A DNA stretch of 60,436 nt, taken from positions 1-60,436 of the forward strand of contig JAVBWN010000013.1 of the NCBI GenBank assembly GCA_036677365.1. Direction: 5' to 3'. The notes beneath the pieces were generated by a model, which saw only the letters and a program-made list of their open reading frames with translations, did no database searches and was not told the DNA's origin. This DNA comes from Acholeplasma sp. (lineage in GTDB: Bacteria > Bacillota_I > Bacilli_A > Acholeplasmatales > UBA5453). A program made the translations under genes and the position numbers. Shown here piece after piece: positions 54,595 through 60,436 of the stretch (within the stretch, counting starts at the first letter, position 1; every line of letters starts with the position of its first letter).

Positions 54595-55875
54595 ATGTTG
54601 AACATCGTCAAAGAAAAACTGAAACCATTCTTCGATCACCCATGGGTAGTCTCTGTGTCAACAGGTGTGGATTCGATGGTACTACTCGATATGGTAAGGT
54701 CATTTTCACACCCGTTGGTTGTTGTTCATTTCAATCACCAAAAACGTGAAGCCTCCTGGATCGAAGCCGATTACTTAAAGTCCTACTGTGAAAAACATGG
54801 ACTGATTTTTGAATATGTTCTGCTCAATATCGACGAGGGTAACTTCCATGATTCGGCTCATAAACAACGAAGACTACACTTAGAACGTGTCGCACTCAGA
54901 CACCAAACACCCTATATTTTGACCGCTCATCACGCCAATGATTTGGCTGAAACCGTGTTAATGAAACTCTCTAGAGGATCTAATCTGTTGGGTTATTCAG
55001 GCCTACAAGCGGTATCAAAACAAGGTGATTTCATTTATATTAAACCTTTATTGAGCATTTCTAAGACTGCACTTTACGATTACGCAAAAAACCATCAAAT
55101 TCGATTTTTCGAAGACGTTTCTAACCAGGCTGATTTGTACACAAGAAATCGTTATCGAAAAAATATCGTCCCTGAACTTATCGAAGAAAACCCGCAGTTC
55201 GTGGATAAGGTTTTACAATACAGTAATCATCTATATGAGGCCTTTTCCTATATCCGTAAACAATCCAAAAACTACTTAAATGCCAATCAAAATCGCATTC
55301 AATTATCGACATTCTTTTTAGAAGATGTTGTCATTCAAAAAGATATTTTAGCCTGTCTTCTAGAATCCCATAAAGTGGAGTTTAATCAGTTGAAAATTGA
55401 AAGTATTTTATCATTTTTACACACGAGTGGACCCAATCAATCCTTTCCGCTTTCTGAATCCTTGATTTTAAAACGTGTTTATCAAAAAGTGGACATCCTG
55501 CATTCGGTATCGATTAAGCCATTTCATCACATACTCGATTTGGATGCTTTTAACGTCTTAGAAACTATGGGCTTCGTCACATTTTTAGACGCCCCTAGCA
55601 ATTCATCTTTTTATGAAATAAAACTATGTTATAATAAATTAGCGTTACCTTTGGTAGCGAGAAGCCGTCAACCCGGCGATGTGCTCGAATTTGATTATGG
55701 CAAAAAGAAGCTTAAGGATTATTATATTGATCATAAGATTCCTATGGATATTCGAAATCGTGACATCATCATCGCCGATCAGACCGGACGTATATTATCG
55801 GTGTTGGGTCGTTATTACAACACATCACCAGATTTAGAAAGCATCATCAAGCTACGATACAAGAGGGGGTATTAA
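54595..55875 (+). CDS. tilS: tRNA(Ile)-lysidine synthetase
   Basis: STGVDS PP-loop, TAHHANDLAET, D.SN....Y.RN..R. Confidence 0.93.
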   Translation: MLNIVKEKLKPFFDHPWVVSVSTGVDSMVLLDMVRSFSHPLVVVHFNHQKREASWIEADYLKSYCEKHGLIFEYVLLNIDEGNFHDSAHKQRRLHLERVALRHQTPYILTAHHANDLAETVLMKLSRGSNLLGYSGLQAVSKQGDFIYIKPLLSISKTALYDYAKNHQIRFFEDVSNQADLYTRNRYRKNIVPELIEENPQFVDKVLQYSNHLYEAFSYIRKQSKNYLNANQNRIQLSTFFLEDVVIQKDILACLLESHKVEFNQLKIESILSFLHTSGPNQSFPLSESLILKRVYQKVDILHSVSIKPFHHILDLDAFNVLETMGFVTFLDAPSNSSFYEIKLCYNKLALPLVARSRQPGDVLEFDYGKKKLKDYYIDHKIPMDIRNRDIIIADQTGRILSVLGRYYNTSPDLESIIKLRYKRGY

Positions 55876-56426
55876 TGATGAGTATTTACAATGACATTGA
55901 AAGAGTATTGGTTAGCCAAGCTGAAATTGAAGCCATTTGTCAAAGACTAGGCCAACAAATTACAAAAGATTATCAAGGGAAAGATAGACCCATCTTGTTG
56001 GGGTTATTAAAAGGGTGTGTCCCATTCATGTCTGATTTATCGAAGCACATCGATTTGCCAATTGAGATAGAGTACATGGATGTTTCAAGTTACCACGGCA
56101 ACATCACCTCTTCAGGGGATGTCAAAATCCGTAAAGACATGAACACATCAGTGATGGATCGTGACATTTTGATTGCCGAAGACATCGTCGATACCGGTAA
56201 AACGTTGGATACGATCGTTAAATTACTTAGACACCGTGGGGCGAGATCGGTTGAAGTGGTTACTTTGCTCGATAAACCCGCAGGTCGTGTCATACCTTTT
56301 ACACCAAAATACATCGGTACTGTGGTACCCAAAGAGTTCGTTGTGGGTTATGGTTTAGATTACAACGAGCTGTATCGTAACATCCCATTTGTTGGGGTAT
56401 TAAAACCAGAAATATATAAGAAATAG
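55875..56426 (+). CDS. hpt: Hypoxanthine phosphoribosyltransferase
   Basis: LKG, EDIVDTGKTL, FVVGYGLDY. Confidence 0.96.
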   Translation: MMSIYNDIERVLVSQAEIEAICQRLGQQITKDYQGKDRPILLGLLKGCVPFMSDLSKHIDLPIEIEYMDVSSYHGNITSSGDVKIRKDMNTSVMDRDILIAEDIVDTGKTLDTIVKLLRHRGARSVEVVTLLDKPAGRVIPFTPKYIGTVVPKEFVVGYGLDYNELYRNIPFVGVLKPEIYKK

Positions 56427-56438
56427 TGAGGCATTTTC

Positions 56439-58403
56439 ATGCAAGATCCTAAAACACCAAACAATATGAAGAAAGCCCCAACGAACTATGGGATATACAT
56501 CATTGCATTCATCGTTCTTTTGGGTTCGTTCTTCTTCATCCAAAACTTATTCAAGCCAAGTTCACCCGATTCACTCACACCAGCAGAGTTTGAAGCCAAA
56601 CTGATTGCAGATGACTTTAATGGTATGACCATCAAATACACCCCAATTGGTGGCGAAGATAACAACGTCTACCGTGTGACCATTTCAGATGCTGAAGGTC
56701 CTAAATATGTATTTGAAATATTCATGCCTGCATTAAACGACATCCTGTTACAGGTTGAATCGGATCAAAATATCAAAATCGATTATGTTGAAAAATCAAC
56801 CATCACCATATGGACCGTATTGTTCAATGTGATTATCCCATTGGTATTTGTGATTGCAATCATCATTTTCATTTACCGTTCCATGAGTGGCGGTGGCAAC
56901 AACAAAGCCTTTGAATTCTCCAAATCCCGTGCACGCTTATCCAACTCCAAAGCCGTCACATTTAAAGACGTTGCTGGTTGTGATGAAGAAAAAACCGAGT
57001 TGGTTGAAGTCATTGACTTCTTGAAATTCCCTAGAAAATATAAAGAAATGGGTGCACGCATCCCTAAAGGTATTCTATTGGTTGGTTCACCTGGTACTGG
57101 TAAAACGCTCTTAGCGAAAGCCGTTGCTGGTGAAGCAAGTGTACCATTCTTCTCCATTTCGGGTTCTGACTTCGTCGAAATGTTTGTCGGCGTGGGTGCT
57201 TCTCGTGTGAGAGACTTATTCAGAGTTGCGAAAGAAAACGCGCCTTGTATCATATTCATTGATGAAATAGATGCGGTAGGTAGACAAAGGGGTGCTGGTA
57301 TGGGTGGCGGTCACGATGAACGTGAACAAACCTTAAACCAATTGCTCGTTGAAATGGATGGGTTCAATCCAAATGCCGGAATCATCATCATGGCAGCAAC
57401 CAACCGTCCAGATGTCCTAGACCCAGCCCTATTAAGACCGGGTCGTTTCGATAGACAAATCACAATTAACTTACCGGATGTCGTGGGTAGAGAAGCCATT
57501 CTTAAAGTCCACGCTCGAAATAAAAAGATTTCTCCCGATGTCAAATTTGAAGATATATCCCACCGTATCCCTGGTTTCTCTGGTGCGGATATTGAAAACC
57601 TACTCAATGAAGCTGCTTTACTCGCGGCTAGAGCCAATCGTAAGATGATTGAATTATCGGATATTGATGAGGCTGTGGACCGCGTTTTGATGGGACCTGC
57701 GAAGAAATCACGCAAGGTCACTGAAAAAGAAAGAAAGATCATTTCTTACCATGAAGCGGGTCACGCTGTCATTGGTATAAAACTTGAAAATGCGAATATC
57801 GTTCAAAAAGTCACCATCATCGCCAGAGGGCGAGCTGGTGGTTACAACCTCATGTTACCTGAAGAGGAAGGGTATCTTGAAAGCAAAAAAGGTTTGCTTG
57901 CACGCATCACTGGATTGTTGGGTGGACGTGTCGCTGAAGAACTCATCTTTGGTGATGTTACTACAGGGGCTTACCAAGATTTCCAAACAGCTACCAAGAT
58001 CGCCAGAGCGATGGTAACCGAATTTGGTATGTCCAACTTAGGTCCAATCCAATACGAATCTCAACAAGGGTCTGTCTTCTTAGGTAGAGACTACTTGAAG
58101 GAACGCAACTTCTCCGACCAAGTCGCCCTAGAAATCGATAAAGAAGTTAGAGAAATCATTACCGGTTGTTATGAACAAGCCAAACAAATCATCATTGAAC
58201 ACCGCACCTTACTCGATACCATCACCAACTACTTGTTAGAAGTAGAAACTTTAAACAAACAAGACATTGACGAAATCGTTAAGACCGGTAAACTCGGTTG
58301 GTGGGAAGAAAGAAAACTCAGAAAAGATGAGCCTGTAAAATCTGAAAACCCACTCGATATAAAGGATGAAAATCCGTTGGAAAAATCCAATGAGACTCGA
58401 TAA
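56439..58403 (+). CDS. ftsH: ATP-dependent zinc metalloprotease FtsH
   Basis: 2 [28 protein letters not shown]. Confidence 0.98.
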   Translation: MQDPKTPNNMKKAPTNYGIYIIAFIVLLGSFFFIQNLFKPSSPDSLTPAEFEAKLIADDFNGMTIKYTPIGGEDNNVYRVTISDAEGPKYVFEIFMPALNDILLQVESDQNIKIDYVEKSTITIWTVLFNVIIPLVFVIAIIIFIYRSMSGGGNNKAFEFSKSRARLSNSKAVTFKDVAGCDEEKTELVEVIDFLKFPRKYKEMGARIPKGILLVGSPGTGKTLLAKAVAGEASVPFFSISGSDFVEMFVGVGASRVRDLFRVAKENAPCIIFIDEIDAVGRQRGAGMGGGHDEREQTLNQLLVEMDGFNPNAGIIIMAATNRPDVLDPALLRPGRFDRQITINLPDVVGREAILKVHARNKKISPDVKFEDISHRIPGFSGADIENLLNEAALLAARANRKMIELSDIDEAVDRVLMGPAKKSRKVTEKERKIISYHEAGHAVIGIKLENANIVQKVTIIARGRAGGYNLMLPEEEGYLESKKGLLARITGLLGGRVAEELIFGDVTTGAYQDFQTATKIARAMVTEFGMSNLGPIQYESQQGSVFLGRDYLKERNFSDQVALEIDKEVREIITGCYEQAKQIIIEHRTLLDTITNYLLEVETLNKQDIDEIVKTGKLGWWEERKLRKDEPVKSENPLDIKDENPLEKSNETR

Positions 58404-58644
58404 GTATTTAAAAGTATCTCGCTTAATCAAACGTAGAACAGTCGCGAAAGACGCTGCACTGGCAGACTTGATCATGATCAATGATAAGGTGGCTAAGCCT
58501 GCTTCTACTGTGAAACCCGGGGATGTTTTAACCCTCCATTTTGGACTTAAAATATTGACCGTTAAAGTGGTTTCCATCGATATCCCGAAACCCAAATCGG
58601 AAGATGTCATGTTTGAACTCATCAGTGAAACGAAAAAGTCGTAA
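58390..58644 (+). CDS. rqcP: S4-domain RNA-binding protein (YabO/RqcP family; start ATG 58390)
   Basis: [20 protein letters not shown] signature. Confidence 0.85.
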   Translation: MRLDKYLKVSRLIKRRTVAKDAALADLIMINDKVAKPASTVKPGDVLTLHFGLKILTVKVVSIDIPKPKSEDVMFELISETKKS

Positions 58645-58661
58645 CGTAGTTATGGCTTTTT
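58633..58661 (+). terminator. Terminator after rqcP
   Basis: AAAAAGTCGTAAC-gta-GTTATGGCTTTTT (includes G:U pairs). Confidence 0.6.
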
Positions 58662-58709
58662 TATTGGGTATCATGTATAATGAATATGCTATTTTTAGGA
58701 GGTAACCAC

Positions 58710-60197
58710 ATGGATTATACTGAATTAACCGAACAAGAACGTATAAGACGTCAAAAAATGGAAGAATTAAGAGCTAAAGGTGTCGATCCATTTGGTTCAA
58801 GATTTAACCGAACAACCACAACCCAAGCGATTAGAAATCAATATGAACAATACACGCACGATGAACTTGAACAAATGAATGTTGAAGTCATTATCGCTGG
58901 TCGTATCATTCGTAAGAGAGACCAAGGTAAGGCTGGTTTCTTACAGCTTCAAGATAGGGATTCCAACATCCAAGTCTATGTCAGAAAAGACGCGATAGGT
59001 GATGACGCATTTGAAGTATTTTTAAGCAGCGATTTAGGCGATATCGTCGGTATCAAAGGACATGTTTTTAGAACAAAGACCAATGAACTCACCGTTAAAG
59101 CGAGTGAATATACCCATTTAACCAAGGCATTACGCCCACTACCTGACAAATTCCACGGTTTACAAGACGTGGAAGAATCTCGTCGTAGACGTTATGTGGA
59201 TTTAATCGTGAACGAAGAATCCAGAAGAATCGCGATGCTTAGACCAAGAATCATTCGTGAAATTCAAAAGTTCTTTGATGGCCGTGGTTTCATTGAAGTA
59301 GAAACCCCAGTGCTTCACCCAATTTTAGGTGGTGCGGCTGCCAGACCATTCGTCACTCATCACAACACCTTAGACATGCCATTTTATCTACGTATCGCAA
59401 CTGAATTACCATTAAAACGTTTGATCGTGGGTGGCTTAGAAGCGGTCTATGAAATTGGGCGTTTATTCCGTAATGAAGGGATGGATGCGAAACACAACCC
59501 TGAATTCACCACCATTGAAGCGTATTTAGCGTACTCCGATATGGAAGGTATGATGGACTTGGTGGAAGACGCGATGTCGACTGTGGTTTACAACATCTTA
59601 GGTAAATACGACATCACTTATGGTGAAAAACAAATCAACATGGCACCAAAATGGGCGAGAGTTCATATGGTGGAAGCCATCAAACAAGTCACAGGTGTAG
59701 ATTTCTTCGAAATTGATGATTTAGAAACCGCAACCAAGGTTGCGAAAGAAAGACACATCAAAGTTGAAAAGCATTATGGTGTTGGACACATCATCCAATC
59801 GTTCTTCGATGAATTTGTTGAAGATACCATCACACAACCAACCTTTGTTTATGGTCACCCAATTGAAGTTTCTCCACTGGCGAAAAAGAATGCTCAAAAC
59901 CCAAGATTTACTGACCGTTTTGAATTATTTATTGATGGCAGAGAATACGCAAACGCCTTCTCTGAACTCAATGACCCGGTCGATCAAAGGGGCCGTTTCG
60001 AAGATCAACTTAAAGAAAAAGAATTGGGTAACGATGAAGCGACCGAAATGGATGTCGATTTCGTTGAAGCCCTTGAATATGGGATGCCACCAGCAGGTGG
60101 TTTAGGAATTGGTATCGACAGATTTATCATGCTCATTTGTAACGTGAATAATATCCGCGATGTCATCTTGTTCCCACACATGAAACACAAACCTTAA
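58710..60197 (+). CDS. lysS: Lysine--tRNA ligase, class II (start ATG 58710)
   Basis: GGAAARPF, FRNEG, EYGMPPAGGLGIGIDR; RBS AGGAGG. Confidence 0.98.
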   Translation: MDYTELTEQERIRRQKMEELRAKGVDPFGSRFNRTTTTQAIRNQYEQYTHDELEQMNVEVIIAGRIIRKRDQGKAGFLQLQDRDSNIQVYVRKDAIGDDAFEVFLSSDLGDIVGIKGHVFRTKTNELTVKASEYTHLTKALRPLPDKFHGLQDVEESRRRRYVDLIVNEESRRIAMLRPRIIREIQKFFDGRGFIEVETPVLHPILGGAAARPFVTHHNTLDMPFYLRIATELPLKRLIVGGLEAVYEIGRLFRNEGMDAKHNPEFTTIEAYLAYSDMEGMMDLVEDAMSTVVYNILGKYDITYGEKQINMAPKWARVHMVEAIKQVTGVDFFEIDDLETATKVAKERHIKVEKHYGVGHIIQSFFDEFVEDTITQPTFVYGHPIEVSPLAKKNAQNPRFTDRFELFIDGREYANAFSELNDPVDQRGRFEDQLKEKELGNDEATEMDVDFVEALEYGMPPAGGLGIGIDRFIMLICNVNNIRDVILFPHMKHKP

Positions 60198-60205
60198 TAA
60201 CGACT

Positions 60206-60241
60206 AAAAGCCCTTAGACATCACATCTAAGGGCTTTTTTT
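60206..60241. terminator. Bidirectional terminator after lysS
   Basis: AAAAGCCCTTAGA-loop-TCTAAGGGCTTTTTT. Confidence 0.85.
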
Positions 60242-60260
60242 ACGTTTGTTTTTTTTATGC

Positions 60261-60400
60261 TTTTGAGCTAAATCCGGTGAACTACCCACCACTTAAATAG
60301 AAGTGGGGGCTTCCTATCCAAACCAGTCTTCACCAGTGACTCAATAGGCTATCCCCGTAGTCCCTACGGTTCTTATGTGTCTTATTACTGAAATGCTAAC
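60261..60400 (-). ncRNA. TnpB omega-RNA (reRNA) scaffold plus guide (boundaries approximate)
   Basis: Hairpin CCGTAG-gga-CTACGG, pairing GCCTAT/ATAGG, right-end hairpin, followed by flank CGGATTTAGCTCAAAA. Confidence 0.7.
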
Positions 60401-60436
60401 TTATACTTTCTAAACCCTTCTTTGTTGATATTGATC
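60277..60436 (-). mobile_element. Right end of an IS200/IS605-family (tnpB) element, truncated by the window edge
   Basis: Minus strand: TnpB-like C-terminus, then ACCGTAGGGACTACGGGGATAGCC, subterminal hairpin CCC(C)CACTT-ctattt-AAGTG(GT)GGG, terminal TTCAC. Confidence 0.85.
60385..60436 (-). CDS. tnpB: 3' end of RNA-guided endonuclease TnpB (partial)
   Basis: Reads INI NKEGFRKYKLAFQ*, matching the NAAINI..EG.R tail after RuvC-III. Confidence 0.75.
   Translation of the reverse strand, partial: ININKEGFRKYKLAFQ

Overview
A 60.4-kb chromosomal segment of an AT-rich bacterium that uses the standard genetic code (TGA = stop, TGG = Trp). Gene content (GlnRS, many lipoproteins, cdaA without cdaR/glmM, no cell-wall genes) points to Acholeplasmataceae (Mollicutes); this is an inference. 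Most of it is housekeeping: tex, acpS-whiA-trxB-ppaX-lgt-hprK-uvrA-ligA, pcrA, glnS, tsaEB-rimI-tsaD, pgi, ispDF, cdaA, nrdJ, hflX, dusB, hslO, maf, tilS-hpt-ftsH-rqcP-lysS. Four regions stand out. (1) A ~13-kb starch/pullulan locus with a secreted non-catalytic multi-CBM protein, strongly enlarged MalF and MalG permeases, a pullulanase, an amylase lipoprotein and three LacI-type operators. (2) A minimal UvrD-family helicase lacking the 2B domain, plus a ~570-bp AT-rich tract with a dif-like site, lying between pcrA and ligA. (3) A cdaA operon containing an unannotated 57-aa membrane microprotein and a PAS-PAS-degenerate-GGDEF protein. (4) At the right edge, the 3' end of an IS200/IS605 element: TnpB C-terminus, omega-RNA scaffold, right-end hairpin and a readable guide. 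No CRISPR array, tRNA or rRNA was seen. All product calls come from motif recognition by eye; no searches were run.
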